From contig DAOVVV010000016.1 in the NCBI GenBank assembly GCA_030637025.1, forward strand, positions 1-56,272: a DNA stretch of 56,272 bases, given 5' to 3'. How positions within the stretch are numbered: position 1 is the first letter of the stretch; each line of letters starts with the position of its first letter. Under the pieces are notes generated by a model. That model saw only the letters and a list, made by a program, of their open reading frames with translations. It was not told the origin of the DNA and searched no databases. Source of the DNA: Clostridia bacterium (lineage in GTDB: Bacteria; CBDUZB01; JAGLHV01). The position numbers and the translations under genes are program-made. This document shows positions 18,959 through 29,223 of the stretch, piece by piece.

Positions 18959-21011
18959 ATCTTCCTTCTTCTCTTGCTTTTTGAAAAGTTTCGACTAAGG
19001 TCTGAGAAACAGGCGACGGAGTCTGCTCATAATGAGAAAATCGCATTCGATATTTACCACTTCCCTTGGTCAATGAACGTAAATCTACTGCATATTTGGA
19101 AAGTTCGCTTAACGGTACATTTACTTTTATTTTCTCTTTTTTGTTTTTTGTTTTTTCCATACCTAAAACCCTTCCTCTCCGGCTGTTTAAATCACCCATT
19201 ATACTCCCCGTATAAACATCCGGTACAGATACTTCCGATTCCATTATCGGCTCTAAAATAAATGGTTTTGCCTCTTTTATTCCTTTCTGAAAAGCCATTG
19301 CTCCGGCAATCTTAAAAGCCATATCGGAAGAATCAACATCATGATAGGAACCGTCGAATAAAGTGACTTTAATGTCTACTACCGGATAACCGGCTAAAAC
19401 ACCTTTTTCCATTGCTTCCCGTACTCCCTTTTCTACGGAAGGAATATAATTCCGGGGAATGGCACCTCCCACTATTTTATTTATAAATTCAAAACCTTTC
19501 CCCCTTTCTAAAGGTTCAATTTTCAGCCAACAGTCACCATATTGTCCACGACCTCCCGACTGTTTTTTATATTTCCCCTGAACCGAGGCATTTCCTGCAA
19601 TAGTCTCTTTGTAAGCAATTCTTGGGGCTCTAAACTCTAATTCCACCCCATATTTAGATTTTACCCTGGATTTTATCACTTCCAACTGCAAATCTCCTAT
19701 TCCGGCAATAATCATCTCTTTGGTTTCCGCATCAAAACTAAATTTTATCGTTTTATCTTCATTCATTATTGCGGATAATGCCGATGCTACCTTTTCTTCG
19801 TCCCCTTTTGATTTAGAATAAACAGCTAACCTCATAACCGGCTCCGGAAACTCCGGTGATTTTATCAAAACAGATGTTTTTCCCTCTCCCAAAGTATCAC
19901 CTGAAGCAGTTACTTTTAATTTTGCTACGCAGGTTATATCCCCGGCTTCTACTTCTGCTGTTTCTATATGTTTTTTCCCTTGTAAAAAACACAATTGTCC
20001 GATTCTTTCTTTGTGTTCTTTTGTCCAATTATACACATCTTTTCCGGTACTTACCTTTCCGCTACAAACCTTAAAAAAACTTAATGCCCCTGTGTGTTGC
20101 TCACTTATTGTTTTAAAAACCAACGCGGAAAAAGGAGCGGAAGAATCGATAGGGACCTCCGATTTTCTCTCATTAGGAGCAGGAAAATAATTTATCATTG
20201 TTTCCAACAGGGATTTTATTCCTACATTTTTTAAAGCGGACCCACATAATACCGGAATAATTTTTCTTTCAATAATTCCCTCTTTCAATTTTTCCTTTAT
20301 TTCATTTTCTTCTATTGCCTGTCCTTCCAAATACTTTTCAGTTAAAGAGTCATCACTGGAGGCAATAACCTCAATCATTGCATCCCGAAGTTTTTCCGCT
20401 TCACCCTTAAACTCGTCGGATAAAGCTTTTTGATTGCTTTTCCCACTACCGGACTCAAATCTGACTTCTTCCATTTTAATCAAGTCCACTATCCCACAAA
20501 AATCATTTTCTTTTCCAATAGGTAACTGTAACGGAGTGATGGAGGTTCCGAATTTTTCCTTTAGCTCACTCAAAATTTTATCAAAATCAGCCATTTCTTT
20601 ATCCAATTTATTAATAAAAATAATAAAAGGTATCTTTTCTTTTTCAATATATTCTAAAATGTTATCGATTTGTGTTTTTAATCCTGAAACAGCATCAATC
20701 ACTATTATGACAGTATCCACTACATGCAAAGAAGAGACAACTTCGCCTATAAAATCAGCATAACCCGGAGTGTCAATTAAATTTATTTTTTTCTGATTAT
20801 ATTCAAAAAAGGCTAAAGACGCATTTATCGAAATTTTTCTTTCTGTTTCTTCCTTGTTATAATCACAAAGAGTAGTTCCCTGTTCAACAGTACCCAGACG
20901 TGCGGTAATTCCCGTGTCAAAAAAAATAGCTTCAGCTAACGAAGTCTTACCTGTATGTCCGCTACCTACAAGACAAACATTTTTTAAATCTGCTGTTACA
21001 TATTTTTTCAT
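18957..21011 (-). CDS. fusA: elongation factor G paralogue (EF-G2-like)
   Basis: Full EF-G architecture (KKQSGGRGQYGD, DGSYHDVDSS, GDLNSRRGRV) with divergent GTPase motifs GSGHTGKTS, ERKISI, DTPGYADF; stands outside a str operon. Confidence 0.9.
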   Translation of the reverse strand: MKKYVTADLKNVCLVGSGHTGKTSLAEAIFFDTGITARLGTVEQGTTLCDYNKEETERKISINASLAFFEYNQKKINLIDTPGYADFIGEVVSSLHVVDTVIIVIDAVSGLKTQIDNILEYIEKEKIPFIIFINKLDKEMADFDKILSELKEKFGTSITPLQLPIGKENDFCGIVDLIKMEEVRFESGSGKSNQKALSDEFKGEAEKLRDAMIEVIASSDDSLTEKYLEGQAIEENEIKEKLKEGIIERKIIPVLCGSALKNVGIKSLLETMINYFPAPNERKSEVPIDSSAPFSALVFKTISEQHTGALSFFKVCSGKVSTGKDVYNWTKEHKERIGQLCFLQGKKHIETAEVEAGDITCVAKLKVTASGDTLGEGKTSVLIKSPEFPEPVMRLAVYSKSKGDEEKVASALSAIMNEDKTIKFSFDAETKEMIIAGIGDLQLEVIKSRVKSKYGVELEFRAPRIAYKETIAGNASVQGKYKKQSGGRGQYGDCWLKIEPLERGKGFEFINKIVGGAIPRNYIPSVEKGVREAMEKGVLAGYPVVDIKVTLFDGSYHDVDSSDMAFKIAGAMAFQKGIKEAKPFILEPIMESEVSVPDVYTGSIMGDLNSRRGRVLGMEKTKNKKEKIKVNVPLSELSKYAVDLRSLTKGSGKYRMRFSHYEQTPSPVSQTLVETFQKAREEGR

Positions 21012-21088
21012 ACCATTCTCCCTCCCTGTTTTTTGAATTTTTTAGTTTTACAGAAAACCTGCAACCTAATATTTTCATTTTTCAAATC

Positions 21089-21119
21089 AACTACCCCGCA
21101 GTTCGCCATAGGCCCTTCG
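21089..21119. repeat. partial copy of repeat family A
   Basis: AACTACCCCGCAGTTCGCCATAGGCCCTTCG aligns with AATTACCCCTCAACAAGCCATAGACCCTTCA at 30709. Confidence 0.6.
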
Positions 21120-21141
21120 CCCCCCCTGCAATCGAATTGAA

Positions 21142-21360
21142 TTAAAACAAAACCTCAACGAGTTTATCCTGTGATTTTTCACCTTTAACAATAGTGATTT
21201 TATTCTTTTTAGATTTAAAAAAAACGCTCAAAATTCTTATCAGCATCTTGTTTGCTTTTCCTTCTATCGGAGGTGCAGATAAATATACCTTGAGGTAACC
21301 GTTTTCTTCTTTTACCCGGTTCTTTTTTGCGTTAGGGATTACTCTTACTTTTAAAAGCAT
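21142..21360 (-). CDS. DUF167/YggU family protein
   Basis: VRVIPNAK, APPIEGKAN, GEKSQDK; start placed at MLLKVRV (ORF track extends to 21396). Confidence 0.88.
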   Translation of the reverse strand: MLLKVRVIPNAKKNRVKEENGYLKVYLSAPPIEGKANKMLIRILSVFFKSKKNKITIVKGEKSQDKLVEVLF

Positions 21361-21389
21361 AATTTTTTTACCCATTAAAATTCTAACTA

Positions 21390-22532
21390 TCAGCAAACAA
21401 ACTCTTCAGGTCTGAATTTTCTTTTATTAAAATAATAAAGAATCGCTTCTCTAATTCTTTTTGAAGCTTTTCCATCGCCGTAAGGATTAATTGCATTAGC
21501 CATTCGTTGATACTCTTTTTTATCGGTCAATAACCGCTCAACAGAATTAACAATTTTCTTCTTGTTTATTCCAATTATTTTCGCTGTACCAAATTTGACA
21601 GCTTCCGGCCTTTCGGTAACCTTTCTTAAAACCAAGACGGGTTTTCCTAATGAAGGTGCTTCCTCCTGTATTCCTCCACTATCAGTTAATATCAGATAAG
21701 ATGATTTCATTAAATTAACAAAATCAAGATAATTCAAAGGGCGAATTAAAGATACATTAGGAATTCCACTTAATATTTTCCTTGCCGTATCTGTAACTTC
21801 AGGGTTTAAATGGACGGGATAAATTATTCTTACTTTTTTATGTTTTTGGGCAATTTCCCTTAATGCATAACAAATATCTATCAAAGGTTTTCCCCAATTT
21901 TCCCGACGGTGAGCAGTAACCAGAATTATTTTTTCCGTTTTTTTATGAAATATTTTTTTTTCATCAATTTTCCTTTTTATCCGGGCAATTATTTTAAGGG
22001 CGTCTATTCCCGTATTCCCAGTGATAAAAATTCCCTCCGGAGAAATGTTTTCCCTGAGTAAGTTTTTTTTGTTTTTTTTAGTAGGAGCAAAATGTAATAC
22101 ACAAAGGGCATCCGACAACAAACGATTGACCTCCTCAGGGTAAGGATTAAACTTATCATAAGAACGTAATCCGGCTTCTATGTGAGCCACAGGAACCTTT
22201 TCATAAAAAGAAGTTATAGCGGCAAAAAGAGTAGTAGTCGTATCTCCGTGTATACAAACTAAATCCGGCCGTTCTTTTTTTATTACTTTCTCTAATTTGT
22301 TTAATGTATTAGTGCTGATTTGGTAAAGATTTTGTGATTTTTTCATTATATTTAAATCGTAGTGCGGTTTAATATTAAATAAGGTTAGAACCTGGTCAAG
22401 CATCTGACGGTGTTGTGCAGTAACGACGACTATTACTTTAAACATCTTTGGATATTTTTTTAGTTCGCAAATCAAAGGAGACATTTTAACTGCTTCCGGC
22501 CGGGTACCAAAAACACACATTATTTTTTTCAA
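21390..22532 (-). CDS. wecB: UDP-N-acetylglucosamine 2-epimerase (non-hydrolysing)
   Basis: FGTRPEAVKM, HGDTTT, HIEAGLRS, TDSGGIQEEAP, NPYGDG. Confidence 0.96.
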   Translation of the reverse strand: MKKIMCVFGTRPEAVKMSPLICELKKYPKMFKVIVVVTAQHRQMLDQVLTLFNIKPHYDLNIMKKSQNLYQISTNTLNKLEKVIKKERPDLVCIHGDTTTTLFAAITSFYEKVPVAHIEAGLRSYDKFNPYPEEVNRLLSDALCVLHFAPTKKNKKNLLRENISPEGIFITGNTGIDALKIIARIKRKIDEKKIFHKKTEKIILVTAHRRENWGKPLIDICYALREIAQKHKKVRIIYPVHLNPEVTDTARKILSGIPNVSLIRPLNYLDFVNLMKSSYLILTDSGGIQEEAPSLGKPVLVLRKVTERPEAVKFGTAKIIGINKKKIVNSVERLLTDKKEYQRMANAINPYGDGKASKRIREAILYYFNKRKFRPEEFVC

Positions 22533-22602
22533 ATTTTATTCTCCTTTATTTATCTGCTATAGGATATTTACAATAAAATTATTAAAAAATAAAAAATATT
22601 TT

Positions 22603-23628
22603 TCATCTCACTATTACATTTTCAAAAATTACTACCAGGATGGAAAAAATTCCTGCCAGCACAACAACAAAATACATCATAAACATAATTTCCCGCTGAG
22701 TCCAGCCTTTTTTTAAAAGGCGATATTGAAAATCTTTTTTATTTATTTTTAAAATCAGTTCCTTTTTTTTTGAGCTTTGAAGGACAGAAAAAAATAAATT
22801 TAAAAAGGGCATCCCTACAAAAACCAGAGGAATAAATAAAGCAATTACCGCTGTTGTTTTCAAACGGCCAACCACGGTAATAACTCCCAACATAAAACCC
22901 ACAAACATTTTACCGCTATTACCCAAAACTATTTTTGCCGGATGAAAATTATAAAAAAGAAAACCTAAACTCGCTCCTCCTAAAGCAGTACATAAAATAG
23001 CCGTCAGCTGTAACTGCCTGGTAATTATCATTGAACGGGTAACTTTCATTAACAAAATTGCAACTACTAAAAAAACCAAAGAATTAATAACGACAATTCC
23101 ACCGGCTAAACCATCGGTATCATCAATTAGATTAATTATATTTGTAAATACAACCAACCATAAAATAGTTAAAAAATTACCTATTAATATTGAAAAAAAG
23201 AGATGGCCGGGTAAAAAGGGCAGAGATACTCCAATTACTTTTATTCCGGATGTAACTATCAGAAGTGCCGCAATTATTTGAATTAACAGTTTGGATACAA
23301 TAGAAATACCTTTTTTATCATCAATTACCCCTAAAATAACAATGATAAGTGCGCCAATTAAAATACCCGCCAATTCCTGTCCGACCAAAATATTCTTACT
23401 ACTAAGAAGTAAACGAAACTGAGCATTAAAAAACAAACTGCCTATGGAGACTACAAAAGCCAGAAATATCCCTATCCCCCCCCATAAAGGGACAAGATAA
23501 AAATCAACCGCATATCCTTTTGAACGGCCGTAAACACTATGTCGTATAGCTAAGGACCTGGCCAAAAAAGTAAAACCTAAACCAAGTATTAAAGCCGTAA
23601 AAAATGACCATAAATAAATTTTTAACAT
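22603..23628 (-). CDS. MraY/WecA/TagO family (glycosyltransferase 4) membrane protein with degenerate motifs
   Basis: PLWGG, GVIDD, NLIDDTDGLAGG, GFLFYNFHPAKI; multi-TM; adjacent to wecB. Confidence 0.82.
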   Translation of the reverse strand: MLKIYLWSFFTALILGLGFTFLARSLAIRHSVYGRSKGYAVDFYLVPLWGGIGIFLAFVVSIGSLFFNAQFRLLLSSKNILVGQELAGILIGALIIVILGVIDDKKGISIVSKLLIQIIAALLIVTSGIKVIGVSLPFLPGHLFFSILIGNFLTILWLVVFTNIINLIDDTDGLAGGIVVINSLVFLVVAILLMKVTRSMIITRQLQLTAILCTALGGASLGFLFYNFHPAKIVLGNSGKMFVGFMLGVITVVGRLKTTAVIALFIPLVFVGMPFLNLFFSVLQSSKKKELILKINKKDFQYRLLKKGWTQREIMFMMYFVVVLAGIFSILVVIFENVIVR

Positions 23629-24881
23629 TAGTAGTTTTTTAATCTTTCCATATAAATGGGAAATTTCTCACACAAAGCTTTTACTCGCGTTTTTATTGTA
23701 TTTAAACATTCTTCATCGCTGCCATGAATAAGGGCTTCATCCATCATTGCAGCAACTTCTTTCATTTCTTTTTCCTTCATTCCACGGGTAGTTAATGTCG
23801 GAGTCCCCAAACGAATACCACTGGTAACAGCAGGTTTTAAAGGGTCAAAAGGAATACCGTTCTTATTTACGGTAATTTCTGCTTTACCTAAAATCTTTTC
23901 CGCTTCTAAACCGGTTAATCCCTTATTTCTCAAGTCTATCAAAAATAAATGCGTATCCGTTCCTCCGGCAACAATTCTGTATCCTTTTTCTTCAAATTCC
24001 CGGGCTAAAACCTTAGCGTTGATTACAATTTGTTCCTGATATTGCTTGAATTCCGGTTTTAAGGCTTCTCCTAAAACAACTGCTTTAGCAGCAATGACAT
24101 GCATTAACGGTCCCCCTTGTAATCCGGGAAAAACGGCCCGGTCAATTGCCCGGGCAAATTCATTTTTACACATAATCATTCCACCTCTAGGGCCCCGTAA
24201 TGTCTTATGAGTAGTAGTGGTCACAAAATCAGCATAAGGTATAGGTGAAGGATGTATCCCGGCAGCTACTAATCCGGCAATATGGGCAATATCTACCATC
24301 AAATATGCTCCTACCTTATCGCAAATATCCCTGTATTTTTTAAAATCAATAATCCGGGAATAAGCAGATGCGCCGGCAACAATTAATTTAGGACGAAACT
24401 CTACCGCTAATTCTTCCATTTGGTCATAATCAATAAGTTCGGTATCTTTTTTTACTGATACAGGGATAATTTTAAAATATTTTCCGGAAAAATTCAGCGG
24501 ATGTCCGTGCGAAAGATGTCCTCCGTGACTTAAATTTAATCCCATAATAGTATCTTGAGGTTTAAGCATGGCAAAATATACCGCCATATTGGCCTGAGAA
24601 CCTGAATGAGGCTGAACATTTACATGTTCACAGTTAAATAATTTTTTTGCCCTTTCTATCGCCAGGGATTCCACAACATCCATATATTCACAACCACCGT
24701 AATATCTTTTACCCGGGTACCCTTCTGCATACTTATTAGTCATTATAGAACCCTGTGCTTCTAAAACCGCTTCCGAAGTAAAATTTTCCGAAGCAATTAG
24801 TTCCAAACCGTAAATCTGCCTTTGGGTTTCTTTATAAATCGCTTGATATACCTTTTGGTCTTCTGTTTTCAATGATTTCAT
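23628..24881 (-). CDS. glyA: serine hydroxymethyltransferase
   Basis: [35 protein letters not shown]. Confidence 0.98.
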   Translation of the reverse strand: MKSLKTEDQKVYQAIYKETQRQIYGLELIASENFTSEAVLEAQGSIMTNKYAEGYPGKRYYGGCEYMDVVESLAIERAKKLFNCEHVNVQPHSGSQANMAVYFAMLKPQDTIMGLNLSHGGHLSHGHPLNFSGKYFKIIPVSVKKDTELIDYDQMEELAVEFRPKLIVAGASAYSRIIDFKKYRDICDKVGAYLMVDIAHIAGLVAAGIHPSPIPYADFVTTTTHKTLRGPRGGMIMCKNEFARAIDRAVFPGLQGGPLMHVIAAKAVVLGEALKPEFKQYQEQIVINAKVLAREFEEKGYRIVAGGTDTHLFLIDLRNKGLTGLEAEKILGKAEITVNKNGIPFDPLKPAVTSGIRLGTPTLTTRGMKEKEMKEVAAMMDEALIHGSDEECLNTIKTRVKALCEKFPIYMERLKNY

Positions 24882-24928
24882 CTATCCTACGCCTCCTTTA
24901 TCCTAATCAATTAAATTTAACCCATTGA

Positions 24929-25408
24929 TTAGGAATTATCTTTTATCTTCTGAAACACTTTTTTTAAAGAAATCTTTATTTCTTTCTTACACGCCTTATA
25001 AATTTCTCTTGACTGCCCTATGGGATCAGCAACTTCTAAGTCCTTTCCTTCTTGTGCAAACTCTTTCAACAAAAATATTTTATCGGATTTCTTTGCTTGA
25101 GGAAATTGTTTTAAAATTCTATTTTTATGTATTCTTTCCATTACTAAAATCAGGTCTGCTTTATTCAGCATTTCATCAGTAAACTGCGTTGAATGATGTC
25201 CGGAGACATCAATTTCCTCCTCCTGCATCAAAGAAAGGATAAAAAGAGGAATTTTAAAAAAAGATGAAGCAGCCACCCCTGCAGAATACACCTTCCAGGA
25301 ATTTATTCCTTCCTCTTTAAGCATTTTTTCAAATAAAGCAGCAGCCATAACACTGCGGCAGGTATTTCCCGTACAAACAAAAAAAATATTTTTAATGCCC
25401 ATTTCCAT
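24929..25408 (-). CDS. low molecular weight protein arginine/tyrosine phosphatase (YwlE-like)
   Basis: P-loop VCTGNTCRS, DPIG. Confidence 0.9.
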   Translation of the reverse strand: MEMGIKNIFFVCTGNTCRSVMAAALFEKMLKEEGINSWKVYSAGVAASSFFKIPLFILSLMQEEEIDVSGHHSTQFTDEMLNKADLILVMERIHKNRILKQFPQAKKSDKIFLLKEFAQEGKDLEVADPIGQSREIYKACKKEIKISLKKVFQKIKDNS

Positions 25409-25432
25409 AATACTTTCTTTAATCTTATTATT

Positions 25433-26632
25433 TTAAGACGAATTTATCTTTACATAATCAAAGGAAAAATCGCAGGTATAAATTTTTGCTTCCTTTTTAC
25501 CGATTTTTAAATCAATGGTTACCGTAAATTCTTTCTGCGTAACAACCTTTTTAAGTAGAGATGCAGAAGTTTTTACTCCTGTACTATTTTTCACTGCCGG
25601 TAAATTATTAAAATACACATCAATCCGCTGAGAATTAATCTTTTCACTTAAACTGCCACAAGCCGCCAGGATTCTTCCCCAGTTAGGGTCATTACCAAAA
25701 AGCGCTGTTTTAAACAAAGGAGAATGAGCAATTCTTCTGGCCACTAAATTTGCCTGATAATATGTTTTTGCCCCTTTAACTTTTACCTCAACTAATTTAG
25801 TTGCTCCTTCTCCATCTTTAATAATCATTTTAGCTAAGGCTAAAGTAATTGAATCTAGTTTTTTTTGAAAATTTTTAAAATAATTACTTTCGTGACAAAT
25901 AGTTTCGTTTTTTGCCTGGCCGTTTGCTAAAATAATTACACAATCATTAGTACTCATCTCTCCGTCTACGCTAATAATGTTAAAAGATTTTTGCACAGAT
26001 TCAAGTAACGATTTCTTTAATAATTTTCTATTTATATTAATATCGGTCAGGATAAAACAAAACATTGTGGCTAAATCAGGACAAATCATCCCTGCACCCT
26101 TGGCTATACCCAAAATATTGACCTTTTTTTTGCCAATATGAAATTGCTTAAATATAAACTTAGGAAAACTATCCGTAGTCATTATTGCTGTTGCTAAAGA
26201 GTCAATCGCATTTTTATCTTTTCCCAGAGACGACGGTAAAGTACTTTCCATTCCGGTTTTTATTTTTTCTAAAGGCAAAAAATCACCTATTGTTCCTGTA
26301 GAAGCAATTAACACATTGCTTTCTGCAATTCCAAAAATTTTAGCTCCTAATTTAATGATTTTTTCAGCGTCCTTTAATCCTTTTTTTCCGGTACAGGCAT
26401 TGGCACAAACCGAGTTGGCAATAATTAATTGTGCCTTACCGTTTTCAATCTGTTTCATTGATAATTGAACAGGTGCGGCTTTTAATTTATTCCTGGTAAA
26501 ACATGCTGCTGCAGTAGCTAAAGTTTGGGAAAAAATTAATCCCACATCTTTCTTTATCTTCCGGCCGGAAATTCCACAGCTAATTCCTCCGATTATGAAT
26601 CCTTCAGGTATTATTGTTTTAATTTTTAGCAT
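25433..26632 (-). CDS. argJ: glutamate N-acetyltransferase/ornithine acetyltransferase
   Basis: ANACTG, AIMTTD, KGAGMICPDLATM, STND, DGEGATK, DPNWGRI. Confidence 0.95.
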   Translation of the reverse strand: MLKIKTIIPEGFIIGGISCGISGRKIKKDVGLIFSQTLATAAACFTRNKLKAAPVQLSMKQIENGKAQLIIANSVCANACTGKKGLKDAEKIIKLGAKIFGIAESNVLIASTGTIGDFLPLEKIKTGMESTLPSSLGKDKNAIDSLATAIMTTDSFPKFIFKQFHIGKKKVNILGIAKGAGMICPDLATMFCFILTDININRKLLKKSLLESVQKSFNIISVDGEMSTNDCVIILANGQAKNETICHESNYFKNFQKKLDSITLALAKMIIKDGEGATKLVEVKVKGAKTYYQANLVARRIAHSPLFKTALFGNDPNWGRILAACGSLSEKINSQRIDVYFNNLPAVKNSTGVKTSASLLKKVVTQKEFTVTIDLKIGKKEAKIYTCDFSFDYVKINSS

Positions 26633-26669
26633 ATTTTTTTTCGATTAGTTCTTGTTTTTTAATGACGGC

Positions 26670-27743
26670 TTAATAGTTTCTCTTTTTAAGAATGTTTGCA
26701 TAGGGTAAGCCTTCAGCTTGATCAAAACCACACATAAGATTCATGTTTTGTATCGCCTGCCCGCTGGCACCTTTAATTAAATTATCTATACTACTAATCA
26801 CTATGCATGTATTTGTCTTTTGGTCAAAAATAACTTTAATATCACAAAAATTGGTTCCTTGAATATTTTGAATTTCAGGATACCCTTCTCCCTGATAAAG
26901 ACGAACAAAAGGTTTGTCCTGATAAAATTTATTATAAATATCATCAATTTTTTCTACCGGTATATTCTTTCGTAACTTAAGATAAGTAGTTATTAACATT
27001 CCGCATTTAAAAGAACTTACATGAGGAACAAATAAGACACTAATATTTTCTTGCATCAGATATCCCAATTCCTGTTCCATCTCCGGCATATGGGGATGCA
27101 CAGCTACTTTATAAGGCTTGATATTCTCCTCAACTTCCATAGCTAAATTGCTTTCAATTAATTTTCTGCCTGCACCGGATACTCCACAGTGAGCATCAAC
27201 AATAACCCTCTCAGCCGGATCAATAAATTTATTAATAAATAATGGAGCCACTCCTAAAAGGACACAGGTAGGATAACATCCTGGATTAGCGACAAGAGAT
27301 GCATTTTTTATTTTTTCTGCATTTATTTCGGAAAGGCCATACACTGCTTTTTGTAAAAGGGATTCATCACTATGGGTAACATTATACCACTGGGGATAAA
27401 GATTAGCATTTTTTAACCTAAAATCAGCACTTAAATCAATAAATTTGATTTTTTTTTCCTTTGCCTGATTAATTAAGCTACAAGCTTTTTTTAAAAATTT
27501 ACCGTGTGGTTTAGCTAAGAAAACAACATCACATTTCTTAATAATTTCCGCAGTATCATAACGGCTGGTTTTATAAGGAAAAAGATTTTTCAGGGATTTA
27601 TGTAAACATTCTACGTTCTTATCAGGAAAACTATCTGATACTAATAAAGTAATATCTACAAATTTATGATTGCTCAATAATTTTAATAACATGCCTCCGG
27701 CCATGCCATAAACTCCGATAATTCCCACCCTTACCTTTTCCAT
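26670..27743 (-). CDS. argC: N-acetyl-gamma-glutamyl-phosphate reductase
   Basis: IDLSADFRL, VANPGCYPT, GVSGAGR, DNLIKGASGQAIQNMN. Confidence 0.95.
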   Translation of the reverse strand: MEKVRVGIIGVYGMAGGMLLKLLSNHKFVDITLLVSDSFPDKNVECLHKSLKNLFPYKTSRYDTAEIIKKCDVVFLAKPHGKFLKKACSLINQAKEKKIKFIDLSADFRLKNANLYPQWYNVTHSDESLLQKAVYGLSEINAEKIKNASLVANPGCYPTCVLLGVAPLFINKFIDPAERVIVDAHCGVSGAGRKLIESNLAMEVEENIKPYKVAVHPHMPEMEQELGYLMQENISVLFVPHVSSFKCGMLITTYLKLRKNIPVEKIDDIYNKFYQDKPFVRLYQGEGYPEIQNIQGTNFCDIKVIFDQKTNTCIVISSIDNLIKGASGQAIQNMNLMCGFDQAEGLPYANILKKRNY

Positions 27744-27766
27744 GTTTAATTTTTCCCTTTTTTATA

Positions 27767-28444
27767 TTATTCTGTTTTCTTATCCGAATCCAATTCTTTT
27801 AATCTAAACTTTGCCGTCTTTTCCCATAGGGTATCGGAATAAAGAGCAATTATTTTTTGATAAGTAGAAATAGCCAACTCTTTTTTGTTTAGTTCTTCAT
27901 AACTTCTTGCAATTGCCAGATATACACCGGGAACAAGCATATGTTCAGGATTATTTTCAACAAATTTTTCATAAATCTTTAACGCTTCTTCCCAATTTTC
28001 TTCTTCTTCATAACAACTACCTAAATTTACCTCTACAAAAGGGATAGATTTACTTTTTTTATATTGAATTAGTTGTTTTTTATAAATCGTTGATGCTTCT
28101 TTATACTTTCCTTCTTCATAAAGGCAATTTCCTTTAAAAAAAAGTGCCAGAGATACCACCTGCGATTGCGGATAATTATTAATAATTTCATCATATAAAG
28201 AAATTGCTTCTTCATGTTTTTGTTTTAAATAATGTTGTTGAGCATTATTTAAAATATTTGCAGCTTGTACGTTTATTTCACTTCTCCGCCGAAAAAAAAG
28301 AAAAACAAAGAAAACTACGGAAACCGCCACTAAAAAAGTGAAGAATACTTGTTTTTTATATAATGCTATATTTTCTATTAATTTTTTAAAAGTCGATAAA
28401 AAAATATCCTGATTTTTACCTTTACTACCCCATTGTGTAGACAT
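27767..28444 (-). CDS. membrane-anchored TPR protein (YfgM-like architecture)
   Basis: Single N-terminal TM followed by TPR repeats. Confidence 0.7.
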   Translation of the reverse strand: MSTQWGSKGKNQDIFLSTFKKLIENIALYKKQVFFTFLVAVSVVFFVFLFFRRRSEINVQAANILNNAQQHYLKQKHEEAISLYDEIINNYPQSQVVSLALFFKGNCLYEEGKYKEASTIYKKQLIQYKKSKSIPFVEVNLGSCYEEEENWEEALKIYEKFVENNPEHMLVPGVYLAIARSYEELNKKELAISTYQKIIALYSDTLWEKTAKFRLKELDSDKKTE

Positions 28445-29110
28445 TTATTTCCCCTTTTTGTTTTTTTTATTATGATAAATTAATTCTTTAGCGTTATTCC
28501 ACATTATTTCCAGGTCATTTTTTTTTAATCCCGCTTCTTTAACAATTTTTAATGCCTGCTCATCACTAATTAAGTCTTCCGGAGCATGGGCATCTGTATT
28601 AATAACTAATTTGGCTTGTAGTTTTTTTGCTAAAGCAGCCACATGACTATTGGTTAAACAATGCCCCCTCCGTGAACTTATTTCCAATAAAACATTATTT
28701 TTTACGGCTAACTCTATATCTTCCGCGGTAATTTTACCCGGATGGGCAAGAATATCAATGTTACTTAATAATCCGGCGCGATTTGTTCCCGGGGGAACGG
28801 GTTCTACTGTGGTTTCTCCATGTACAATAACAATTTCTGCACCTAAAATCCGGGCCTGCCGGGTCAAAACACTAATTAAAGATGGAGGAACGTAAGTTAA
28901 TTCCACACCCGTAAGAACCTCTATTTCATATTCGCTTCTTAATTGGGTACAAACTTTAATCATCCGGGGAATAATGAAATCAATATTAGAACTATCCACA
29001 TGGTCGGTAATAGCAATTGCCTTATACCCTTTAACTTTTGCCTGCCAGACAAGTTCGGAGGGGATTAATAATCCATCACTAAAAAAAGTATGTGTATGTA
29101 AATCAATCAT
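28445..29110 (-). CDS. PHP domain protein (histidinol-phosphatase-like)
   Basis: IDLHTHT..SDG, ITDH, VHGET, LAHPG, NTDAH. Confidence 0.88.
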   Translation of the reverse strand: MIDLHTHTFFSDGLLIPSELVWQAKVKGYKAIAITDHVDSSNIDFIIPRMIKVCTQLRSEYEIEVLTGVELTYVPPSLISVLTRQARILGAEIVIVHGETTVEPVPPGTNRAGLLSNIDILAHPGKITAEDIELAVKNNVLLEISSRRGHCLTNSHVAALAKKLQAKLVINTDAHAPEDLISDEQALKIVKEAGLKKNDLEIMWNNAKELIYHNKKNKKGK

Positions 29111-29143
29111 TCTCCCTCCTGTTTTAATCTGATTAAAACAACA

Positions 29144-29217
29144 CGCCCCTGGAGGGATTCGAACCCCCGGCGCAGGGCTTAGGACGCCCTCGCTCTATCC
29201 ATCTGAGCTACAGGGGC
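29144..29217 (-). tRNA. tRNA-Arg(CCT)
   Basis: GCCCCTG/CAGGGGC acceptor stem, TAGCTCAG..GGATAGAGC D arm, AGGGC-GTCCTAA-GCCCT anticodon arm, GGTTCGAATCC T arm; CCA not encoded. Confidence 0.95.
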
Positions 29218-29223
29218 AAAACT

